A program made the position numbers and the translations under genes. A DNA stretch of 32,000 bases, from contig LVZN01000067.1 of NCBI GenBank assembly GCA_001695645.1, positions 30,001 to 62,000 of the forward strand, in the 5' to 3' direction. Shown here piece after piece: positions 25,298 through 32,000 of this stretch (within the stretch, counting starts at the first letter, position 1; every line of letters starts with the position of its first letter). A model generated the notes under the pieces. It ran no database searches. It was given only the letters and a program-made list of their open reading frames with translations, and was not told where the DNA came from. The stretch comes from Erysipelotrichaceae bacterium MTC7 (GTDB lineage Bacteria > Bacillota_I > Bacilli_A > Erysipelotrichales > Erysipelotrichaceae).

Positions 25298-26455
25298 ATG
25301 GAAAAACGGTTACTGCAAAACAAAAGATTTTTGGAAATTGTTTCCATAATTGAAGAGAAACAATTTGCACAAAACGGAAAATGGGAATGGGATCATACTA
25401 TGAGTCACTTTCAACGTGTCGCAGATTATATAGAAGATATACTACGTCAATTTCACGTTGATGAAAGAATGGTTACTCTAGGAAGAGTTGCTGGTCTTTT
25501 ACATGATGTAGGATTGAGTGTTGCAGATACGAATCACGCAAGTATTGGAAGTACATTATTTGTTGAATGTATTGATGATCTTGATTTACAGGATGAAGAA
25601 ATTGAGATTCTACGTTCTGCGATTATCAACCACTCAAATGGAGAGTGTATTGATTCGTTAGTTAGTTTGGCTTTATTGTTAGCAGACAAAATGGATGTCA
25701 CATACCATCGTACAGTATATGCTTCAAAGCTTGATCCAATGCTCACAGAACTCCAAAAGATTCAAAAGGTTGAAGTCCAATTCACGAATGAAGAATTGAT
25801 CTTATATTATTATGCAACTTCATCTTTGGACTTTGATGCATTACAAGCTTGGGATAAAATTTATACAATTCCAGAAAAAGTAGCACAGTATTTAGGAAAA
25901 GAATTTGTGTTACATGTTGTAGATGCAGATGAAATCTATTTGGTAAACCCTTCAATCGAGGACAAAGAAGCGGTTATGAACTACCGTAGTTTCATGTTAG
26001 AAAACGGGAATACTATTATACATGGTTCCAATTTCTTACAAGATTATGAAGTTTATGAAGATTGGCTACAAAATGATATTGCTATGCGTAGTGACACAAC
26101 ATGTCCTGAGGGACTAGTAAGCGCAACAACATTTTTGATTTATGCACAAGATACTTTTGTGGGTATGATCAACTGTCGTCATCACCTAAATGATTACTTG
26201 GCTACTTATGGTGGTCATATTGGCTATGGTATACATCCAAATCATCGAAAAAAAGGCTATGCAAAAAAAGCACTCCAACAAGTGTTAGATATGTACAAAC
26301 ATGATTTACATTTAGATGAAGTTCTACTGATCTGTGATAAGAAAAATAGCGCATCACAAAAAGTCATCACTTCTTTCCCACATCGCTTTGATGGGGAAGT
26401 AATCGATGTAAATCAACGCACTTTACTTAGATACTTCGTGTACACAACTAAGTAG
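25298..26455 (+). CDS. HD-domain phosphohydrolase fused to a GNAT-family acetyltransferase
   Basis: The N-terminal part has H33/H37...H69-D70 (LLHDVGLS, nt 25502-25507)...HSNGE...LLADKMD. The C-terminal part, from about residue 215, has GNAT features (GMINCRHHLNDYLATYGGHIGYGIHPNHRKKGYAKKAL...LICDKKNSASQKVI). SD AAAGGGG is upstream. Confidence 0.75.
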   Translation: MEKRLLQNKRFLEIVSIIEEKQFAQNGKWEWDHTMSHFQRVADYIEDILRQFHVDERMVTLGRVAGLLHDVGLSVADTNHASIGSTLFVECIDDLDLQDEEIEILRSAIINHSNGECIDSLVSLALLLADKMDVTYHRTVYASKLDPMLTELQKIQKVEVQFTNEELILYYYATSSLDFDALQAWDKIYTIPEKVAQYLGKEFVLHVVDADEIYLVNPSIEDKEAVMNYRSFMLENGNTIIHGSNFLQDYEVYEDWLQNDIAMRSDTTCPEGLVSATTFLIYAQDTFVGMINCRHHLNDYLATYGGHIGYGIHPNHRKKGYAKKALQQVLDMYKHDLHLDEVLLICDKKNSASQKVITSFPHRFDGEVIDVNQRTLLRYFVYTTK

Positions 26456-26462
26456 AAAATAG

Positions 26463-26486
26463 AAAAGGCAGAAAAATCTGCCTTTT
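26463..26486. terminator. Bidirectional terminator between the HD-GNAT and XRE genes
   Basis: AAAAGGCAG-aaaaat-CTGCCTTTT is a perfect 9-bp stem with A/T flanks. It overlaps the XRE stop codon. Confidence 0.75.
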
Positions 26487-26931
26487 ATGCTTTCTTCCAA
26501 CATTTTCCTAAGATATCTTTGAGTACAAGTAAACTATCCAATTGATTCAAATCATATCGCTTTTGCATATCCCGTAACAAGACCAATAATTGTTTTTCAT
26601 ATACTTCTACATCAACAAGTTGTGGATATACATTGAGTATTGGATACTTTTTACCCCATGCTTTTGTCCAATCTATTTTTTCATCTTTATGATCATCCCT
26701 TTCAAGAATCACTTTCTCAACTTCCTTTTGTTCGATATCTTGACTAATTAGTTCATCTAATGACAAACCAAAGAGTAGAGCCAATTTCTTTGCTTGGTAA
26801 ATATCTGGTATTGTTTCATCTAACTCCCACTTGGATATAGTTTGGCGACTTACACCTAATTTTTCGGCAACTGCTTCTTGTGAGAGTCCTTTTCTTTTTC
26901 TTGCTTGTAATATTTGATTTCCTAAATGCAT
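26485..26931 (-). CDS. XRE-family helix-turn-helix transcriptional regulator with an uncharacterised C-terminal domain of about 85 aa
   Basis: The HTH is LGNQILQARKRKGLSQEAVAEKLGVSRQTISKWELDETIPDIYQAKKLALLFGLSLDELI. The start was set at ATG 26931, 8 nt downstream of GGAGG (the track start GTG 26946 lies upstream of that SD). Confidence 0.85.
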   Translation of the reverse strand: MHLGNQILQARKRKGLSQEAVAEKLGVSRQTISKWELDETIPDIYQAKKLALLFGLSLDELISQDIEQKEVEKVILERDDHKDEKIDWTKAWGKKYPILNVYPQLVDVEVYEKQLLVLLRDMQKRYDLNQLDSLLVLKDILGKCWKKA

Positions 26932-27294
26932 ATGTACTACCTCCACTACATTTAGTATAAAAGAAAGAGATGAAACTTACTACCAAGCAAAATAGGCAAT
27001 TGTGCAAGAAAAGCGAACAAATCCTAGCAAAAGATGTAAGTTTTACTATCGAACAGACAGACTAAATATAAAATCAAGATTGAAAATTAATTGATGCAAG
27101 AAATCACGTTCACCATATAATATTTAAGTTTTTATTTGTGTGTTGTTTGATTGCACATTTTATAGTGTTGGTGATGTACAAACACATTTTTCCATTATTT
27201 GTCATATTTGCTTTTTTGTAGTTTGTTTAAATATAATCTTAATTGCTACTTTTATCTAGTTTTAAAGATTGACAGGTAGTATAACAAAGATGAA

Positions 27295-28674
27295 TTGCTT
27301 AAACTATTAGTAACAAATATGGAATACTTGTTACCAGAAGTGTTGAATGAATGGTCTAATTATAGAAATGAATCTTTTATTAATGCTACTAATAATGAAG
27401 AATCATTTAAACAAATTCAGAAGAATAACCAAAATTCAATCGCAACTAGATTTCTTTTAGAATATGTTGCAGCATCGAAGATACAAGGCTCAAAACATGT
27501 CCAAAAAACAGATATGGAACATTTACTATCTATTTGTATATTAATAATTGAGTGGGCACAAAGAAGTGATCAGTTTAAATATAATTTGGTGAAGTCAAAT
27601 CTTACAATGCTTAAATCCAATAGAATTGGAGTGAAAGAGAGCGACTTCTATGAGATTAATCGAGCAATGCATAATTCACAAAAATTCTATTTAAATTTTG
27701 ATGATAAAACTCAACCAAACTTCAATATGTTTAGCGAAGAAGTTAACAGAAAAAGTAATGAGCTCTTAGTGGATGCATTTACAGAAATGTTTGGGTTTAG
27801 TAATGTGGAATTTAACAGTACAATATCGTTAATCTGCAATATATTTTATGGTCATTTTAATACGATTATTGTTGGTGATAAAGAGGAACTAATTAATACT
27901 TTGGAATCATCACCAGATGCAGAACTGTCGAGTGTTGTAATAAGGAAAGTTATAGATGTCTTGTTATCTTTAGAGAGAAATGATTTCTTAGAACCTCCAA
28001 AAGGTAATTCAAAATTTGATGTATTACCATGGAGATTTAACAGGGATCTTTCATTCATAAGAAAACCAATTGTCGAGTATGATAACAAGTTGTATTTTGG
28101 TGTTAGAAATATAATGTATGCAAAAACATACTTGTATAATTTGATTTTCAGGGGAAAACTCAAAACAAAAAATAAGAAAATGAAAGTATTTATGTCTGAG
28201 ATACGCAATCAAATTGGTAAAGATTTCAACATGAGCGTCGCGGAAATGATACGACAAAATCCGTTACTTGAAGTTTTTACCGAAGTTAAAAAAATAGGAA
28301 AGAAAAAAATCACAAATGATAACGGAGATGATCTAGGTGATATTGACATCTTAGTAATCAATAAAAGCAAGAAGAAAATTTTTGTTATTGAAACAAAAGA
28401 ATTTTCAGATTCAAGAAATCCCTATGATATTGCAATGGAGATTAAGAGTATATACGGTGAAGGGAAGTCATTTCAAAGTAAACACTTTAATAGAACAAAG
28501 TGGATAATAGACCATAAAAAAGAAATAATTGATTTTTATTCTTTAAAAAAGGGAAGTTGGAAAATTGAGCCATTGTTTATTTTTTCCGAATATTTAATAA
28601 GCAAGCACTTAATAAAGAACAGTAAAATTAAATGTATTTCCTTAGGTGAAATTACCAAAAAATCCTTTACTTAG
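27295..28674 (+). CDS. Hypothetical protein with a C-terminal PD-(D/E)xK / NERD-like nuclease motif; N-terminal ~340 aa of unknown family
   Basis: Long uninterrupted ORF in very AT-rich DNA. GDIDILVINKSKKKIFVIETKEF (nt 28339-28398) gives D-x-D...E-x-K in a beta-strand context. The start is uncertain (TTG 27295 or ATG 27319, neither with a good SD). A candidate promoter is TTGCTT (27208-27213), 18 nt, TATAAT (27232-27237). Confidence 0.6.
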   Translation: MLKLLVTNMEYLLPEVLNEWSNYRNESFINATNNEESFKQIQKNNQNSIATRFLLEYVAASKIQGSKHVQKTDMEHLLSICILIIEWAQRSDQFKYNLVKSNLTMLKSNRIGVKESDFYEINRAMHNSQKFYLNFDDKTQPNFNMFSEEVNRKSNELLVDAFTEMFGFSNVEFNSTISLICNIFYGHFNTIIVGDKEELINTLESSPDAELSSVVIRKVIDVLLSLERNDFLEPPKGNSKFDVLPWRFNRDLSFIRKPIVEYDNKLYFGVRNIMYAKTYLYNLIFRGKLKTKNKKMKVFMSEIRNQIGKDFNMSVAEMIRQNPLLEVFTEVKKIGKKKITNDNGDDLGDIDILVINKSKKKIFVIETKEFSDSRNPYDIAMEIKSIYGEGKSFQSKHFNRTKWIIDHKKEIIDFYSLKKGSWKIEPLFIFSEYLISKHLIKNSKIKCISLGEITKKSFT

Positions 28675-28831
28675 TTCAATAGCAGAAGTAGAATTTAGAA
28701 AAATATTGACACTTTTAACGTTTTTTTGTTAGCAGTACAGCTGAAGTCAATTTATTTTTTATTCAAAATTATCGTTAATCTCTACTTACACCGATTTGAA
28801 TCCCTTTCTTGTTTCGTTTGTTGTCTATTTA

Positions 28832-28840
28832 TGTTATTAT
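28832..28840 (+). promoter_or_regulatory. Possible extended -10 element (TGtTATTAT) for pnp
   Basis: TGTTATTAT lies about 30 nt upstream of the pnp ATG. No good -35 element is seen. Confidence 0.3.
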
Positions 28841-28870
28841 GGATTCATATTGAAAGAAGAGGTATTAGAC

Positions 28871-31048
28871 ATGGCGAAAGAAGTATTTCGTTTAGATTTC
28901 CGCGGTCGGGGGATCGTGGTAGAAACTGGTGAATTAGCCAAACAAGCTGGTGGATCTGTCTTAGTTAGATATGGTGATACGGTTGTATTATCAGCAGCTA
29001 CTGCAAGTTCACAAGCAAAAATGGATTTAGACTTTTTCCCACTTACGGTAACGTATGAAGAAAAGTTGTACTCAGTAGGGAAAATCCCTGGTGGATTCTT
29101 AAGACGTGAAGGGCGTCCATCTGAAAAAGCGACATTAACAGCGCGTATGATCGATAGACCAATCCGTCCATTATTTGCGGATGGATTCCGTAATGAAGTA
29201 CAAGTTGTAAATACAGTACTATCAGTTGACCAAGAAGCATGTGCAGATATGACTGCAATGTTGGGTGCATCCTTATCATTATGTGTAAGTGATATTCCAT
29301 TCAATGGTCCAATTGCTGGAGTTAACGTTGGTTACATCGATGGTGAATACATCATTAACCCAACTCCGGAACAACAAGAAGTTTCATTAATTGACCTTGC
29401 TGTTGCAGGGACAAAATATGCAGTTAACATGGTTGAAGCAGGTGCTAAAGAAGTAACTGAAGAAGAAATGTTAGAAGCGATTATGTTTGGACACGAAGCA
29501 ATTAAAGAATTGGTTGCATTCCAAGAAGAAATTATCGCAAAAGTTGGAAAAGAAAAACGTGAAATCGAATTATATGTAGTTGATGAAGCTGTCAATGCAC
29601 TTGTTCGTGAAAAGTTTGAAGCAGAATTACGTGCTGCCGTTTCCATTGAAAAGAAATTAGAACGTTATGGAAAAATCGATGAAATCACTGCTGAAGCAGT
29701 TGCGATGATCGAAACACAAGAATTTGAAAACGATAGTGAAAAAGCAAAAGCTGCAAAACAAGCAAAACAAATTTGCCACAGTATAGAAGCTGATGAAGTG
29801 CGTCGTTTAATTATTGAAGATAAAGTACGTCCAGATGGTCGTCAAATTACAGAACTACGTCAATTGAACTCACAAGTTGATTTACTACCTAGAGTTCATG
29901 GTAGTGCAGTCTTCACACGTGGAGAAACACAAGTATTAAGTGTTACTACTTTAGGAGCACTTAACGATGAGCAAATCATTGATGACTTGAGTGAAGTGGA
30001 TCGTAAACGTTTCATGCACCACTACAACTTCCCTCCATACTCAGTAGGGGAAACAGGAAGAATGGGTGCGCCTGGACGTCGTGAAATTGGTCACGGTGCA
30101 TTAGGCGAACGTGCCTTACTGCAAGTGTTGCCAAGTGTTGATGAATTCCCATACGCAATTCGTGTAGTTGCTGAAGTACTGGAATCTAATGGTTCATCAT
30201 CACAAGCATCAATTTGTGCAGGTACAATGTCATTGATGGCAGCAGGGGTACCAATTAAAGCACCAGTTGCTGGTATTGCAATGGGTCTTATCATGGATGA
30301 AGACAACGAAAAATATACAGTATTAACTGATATTCAAGGTATGGAAGACCACTTTGGAGATATGGACTTTAAAGTTGCTGGAACACCTAAGGGAATTACA
30401 GCGCTTCAAATGGATATCAAAGTTACGGGTATCACAAGAGATATCTTTAAAGAAGCACTTGCACAAGCAGGTATTGCAAGAGCACAAATCTTAGAAAACA
30501 TGATGGCAACAATTTCTGAAGTTCGTCCTGAAGTTTCTAAATATGCACCTAAGACACACATCATGTACATCAATGTAGATAAAATCAAAGATGTTATCGG
30601 ACCTGGTGGAAAAATGATTAACGAAATCATTGAAGCATGTGACAATGTTAAAATTGACATTGAAGACGATGGACGCGTGATTATTTATCACTCAGACCAA
30701 AATGCTATCAATAAAGCGGCAGAAATGATTATGGATATCACGAAAGAAGCTAAAGTTGGTGACATCTATGATGCAAAAGTTGTTCGTATTGAAAAATTTG
30801 GTGCATTTGTGAACTTATTTGGTAAAGTTGATGGATTGCTTCACGTATCAAAAATCAAACACGAACGTGTAGAAGATGTAAACAAAGTGCTTAAACTTGG
30901 TGATACGATCAAAGTTAAAGTAACAGAAATTGACGACCGCGGTCGTATCAATGTTTCTGCAAAAGCACTTATTGAACGTCCAAAACGTGAAGAAGTAAAA
31001 AAAGTAGAAAAAACAGAAGAAAGTACGGAATCAACGGAAACAAAATAA
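28871..31048 (+). CDS. pnp: Polyribonucleotide nucleotidyltransferase (PNPase)
   Basis: The start was trimmed to ATG 28871 ([40 protein letters not shown]). Two RNase PH domains, a KH domain ([11 protein letters not shown]) and an S1 domain ([20 protein letters not shown]) are present. SD-like AGAAGAGG is upstream. Confidence 0.97.
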   Translation: MAKEVFRLDFRGRGIVVETGELAKQAGGSVLVRYGDTVVLSAATASSQAKMDLDFFPLTVTYEEKLYSVGKIPGGFLRREGRPSEKATLTARMIDRPIRPLFADGFRNEVQVVNTVLSVDQEACADMTAMLGASLSLCVSDIPFNGPIAGVNVGYIDGEYIINPTPEQQEVSLIDLAVAGTKYAVNMVEAGAKEVTEEEMLEAIMFGHEAIKELVAFQEEIIAKVGKEKREIELYVVDEAVNALVREKFEAELRAAVSIEKKLERYGKIDEITAEAVAMIETQEFENDSEKAKAAKQAKQICHSIEADEVRRLIIEDKVRPDGRQITELRQLNSQVDLLPRVHGSAVFTRGETQVLSVTTLGALNDEQIIDDLSEVDRKRFMHHYNFPPYSVGETGRMGAPGRREIGHGALGERALLQVLPSVDEFPYAIRVVAEVLESNGSSSQASICAGTMSLMAAGVPIKAPVAGIAMGLIMDEDNEKYTVLTDIQGMEDHFGDMDFKVAGTPKGITALQMDIKVTGITRDIFKEALAQAGIARAQILENMMATISEVRPEVSKYAPKTHIMYINVDKIKDVIGPGGKMINEIIEACDNVKIDIEDDGRVIIYHSDQNAINKAAEMIMDITKEAKVGDIYDAKVVRIEKFGAFVNLFGKVDGLLHVSKIKHERVEDVNKVLKLGDTIKVKVTEIDDRGRINVSAKALIERPKREEVKKVEKTEESTESTETK

Positions 31049-31051
31049 GCA

Positions 31052-31243
31052 ATGAAAAATCAAAAGTTTAATATCCTATTTTTGATTTCAAATGTTTGTT
31101 TCTTGATTTGTTCAATCTTGATGTTGTTATCAAAAAGTATGTTTTTAGCCATCTGCTACTTTGTGATTTCACTTTCAATGGGAACCATTTATCAAGTGAA
31201 TGTCAAAAAAGCGAAAGATGCAAATAAAACGGATAAGAAATAA
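31052..31243 (+). CDS. Small hypothetical membrane protein (63 aa, two predicted TM helices, K-rich tail)
   Basis: The ORF starts 3 nt after the pnp stop and is followed directly by a strong terminator. Hydrophobic segments are ILFLISNVCFLICSILMLL and FLAICYFVISLSMGTIY. There is no family assignment. Confidence 0.4.
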   Translation: MKNQKFNILFLISNVCFLICSILMLLSKSMFLAICYFVISLSMGTIYQVNVKKAKDANKTDKK

Positions 31244-31249
31244 GTAAGA

Positions 31250-31277
31250 GAACGTCCACAACTGGACGTTCTTTTTT
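31250..31277 (+). terminator. Intrinsic terminator of the pnp transcription unit
   Basis: GAACGTCCA-caac-TGGACGTTC is a perfect 9-bp stem followed by T6. Confidence 0.88.
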
Positions 31278-31301
31278 ATCGATGGTTTGATTGTGATTAA
31301 C

Positions 31302-31330
31302 TTGAGAAGCAAGTAGACAACGTGTATAAT
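31302..31330 (+). promoter_or_regulatory. Promoter of the FemAB-family gene (TTGAGA-17 nt-TATAAT)
   Basis: TTGAGA is at 31302-31307, followed by a 17-nt spacer and TATAAT at 31325-31330, about 35 nt upstream of the ATG. Confidence 0.6.
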
Positions 31331-31365
31331 TACATAGGTATAAACAAAGGTATAAAAGGTGAAAC

Positions 31366-32000
31366 ATGATATTTGAGGAAATAAGTACAACGGAATTTGA
31401 TGCATATGCAAGAAGTCATCCGTTACATAATTTTATGCAAACATCGCAAATGGGAGAAGTTGGAAAAATTAGTGGTTTGGTTTCCTATTATGTTGGGGTT
31501 CGTGAAAATGGAAAACTGATTGGTGCGTGTCGTCTAGCAGGTGTTAAAAATCGTTTGGGACAATACTTTTTTAGTGCGTTTCGAGGACCGTTACTCAATT
31601 ATGAAAACGAAGCTTTAGTTGCTTTTTTTACCAAAGAGGTCAAAACGTTTTTAAAGGCGAAAAAAGGATATGCATTAGATATTGATCCAGCGATTATTCA
31701 CCTTGAACGTGATATCAACGGAGATCCAGTTCCTGGAGGAATTGATCACACACCAATGGTTGCTATGTTTGAAAAACTTGGGTATCAACATGTCGGATTT
31801 CAAACGGAATATGATATTACACGTCAAGGGCGATGGCTGTTTGTGCTAGATTTGGAAGGGAAAAGTGAAACAGAAGTCTTCAAAGCGATGAAGCAAAACC
31901 ATCGAAACATCATCAAGAAAACGGAAAAGTTTTTTATTGAGATTAAAGAAGTTGGATTTGATGAACTAGAAGACTATAAACGCATCACGGAAGAAACTGG
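31366..32000 (+). CDS. FemAB-family peptidoglycan interpeptide-bridge aminoacyltransferase (FemX/MurM-like); the 3' end lies outside the window
   Basis: This ORF is absent from the ORF track because it runs off the right edge. My own translation from ATG 31366 is MIFEEISTTEFDAYARSHPLHNFMQTSQMGEVGK...FRGPLLNYENE...ALDIDPAIIHLERD...LGYQHVGFQTEYDITRQGRWLFVLDLEGKSETEVFKAMKQNHRNIIKK, which follows the Fem family pattern. SD AAAGGTGA is upstream. Confidence 0.82.
   Translation, partial: MIFEEISTTEFDAYARSHPLHNFMQTSQMGEVGKISGLVSYYVGVRENGKLIGACRLAGVKNRLGQYFFSAFRGPLLNYENEALVAFFTKEVKTFLKAKKGYALDIDPAIIHLERDINGDPVPGGIDHTPMVAMFEKLGYQHVGFQTEYDITRQGRWLFVLDLEGKSETEVFKAMKQNHRNIIKKTEKFFIEIKEVGFDELEDYKRITEET

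Noticed and set aside
27134-27195. Imperfect hairpin (TGTGTTGT ... ACAAACACA) followed by TTTTT, downstream of the TATAAT at 27116. It was considered as an attenuator or small RNA upstream of the nuclease-like gene.
   Set aside because: The stem is only about 8 bp with a bulge, is AT/GT-rich, and has a loop of about 30 nt. That is too weak to call without folding energetics or transcript data.
27269-27274. Perfect TTGACA hexamer just upstream of the 459-aa ORF.
   Set aside because: No acceptable -10 element lies 16-19 nt downstream (GAATTG at the 17-nt position). The TTGCTT-18 nt-TATAAT combination further upstream is more plausible.
28796-28870. 25-codon extension upstream of pnp ([25 protein letters not shown]).
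   Set aside because: The conserved PNPase N-terminus starts at MAKEVF (ATG 28871), which has an upstream purine-rich SD. The extension is T-rich leader or promoter DNA.
2667-31411. Many antisense or overlapping ORFs of 60-155 aa in the track. Examples: 3203..3553-, 8863..9252-, 19996..20313+, 22078..22347+, 23381..23776-, 27852..28208-, 28837..29304-, 29332..29646-, 31175..31411-.
   Set aside because: Each lies entirely within, or mostly opposite, a well-supported gene. They have biased low-complexity composition and no SD or motif. These are typical shadow ORFs.
1-32000. Looked for CRISPR arrays, rRNA/tRNA genes, IS elements, transposases, integrases and long tandem or terminal inverted repeats.
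   Set aside because: No regularly spaced direct repeats, no cloverleaf-like or rRNA-like sequence, and no recombinase-like translation was found in any listed ORF or in the gaps I translated by eye. A scan by eye cannot exclude small or degenerate elements.

Overview
This is a chromosomal segment from a low-GC Gram-positive bacterium (Bacillota-like gene content and Shine-Dalgarno (SD) usage). No rRNA, tRNA, CRISPR array, transposase or integrase is recognisable. Housekeeping genes present are lepA (3' end), hemW, a Nudix hydrolase, trkH-trkA, a HIBADH-family dehydrogenase, an HtrA-like protease, rpsO, pnp and a FemAB-family gene (5' end). Two gene pairs that are normally adjacent are both split by accessory DNA. 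(1) lepA and hemW are about 16 kb apart. The gap holds a TetR-regulated MacB-type ABC system, an FHA-domain::SEDS (RodA/FtsW) fusion translationally coupled to a short class B PBP, and AraC- and MerR-type regulators with GyrI-like sensor domains. It also holds a MerR-controlled heterodimeric ABC exporter with one degenerate ATP site, a GNAT, and a Y-family polymerase/YolD cassette. (2) rpsO and pnp are about 4.7 kb apart, separated by a very AT-rich island with no mobility genes. This island holds an AgrB-family gene interrupted by an in-frame TAA, an HD::GNAT fusion gene preceded by six helically phased A-tracts, an XRE regulator, and a divergent orphan 459-aa protein. That protein has a C-terminal D-x-D...E-x-K (PD-(D/E)xK / NERD-like) motif and is my best candidate for an undescribed, possibly defence-related, function. 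A structured leader with an exact anti-SD sits upstream of a YjdF/DUF2992 gene and is a candidate yjdF-class riboswitch. All calls come from reading the translations and the DNA by eye. No database search was run.
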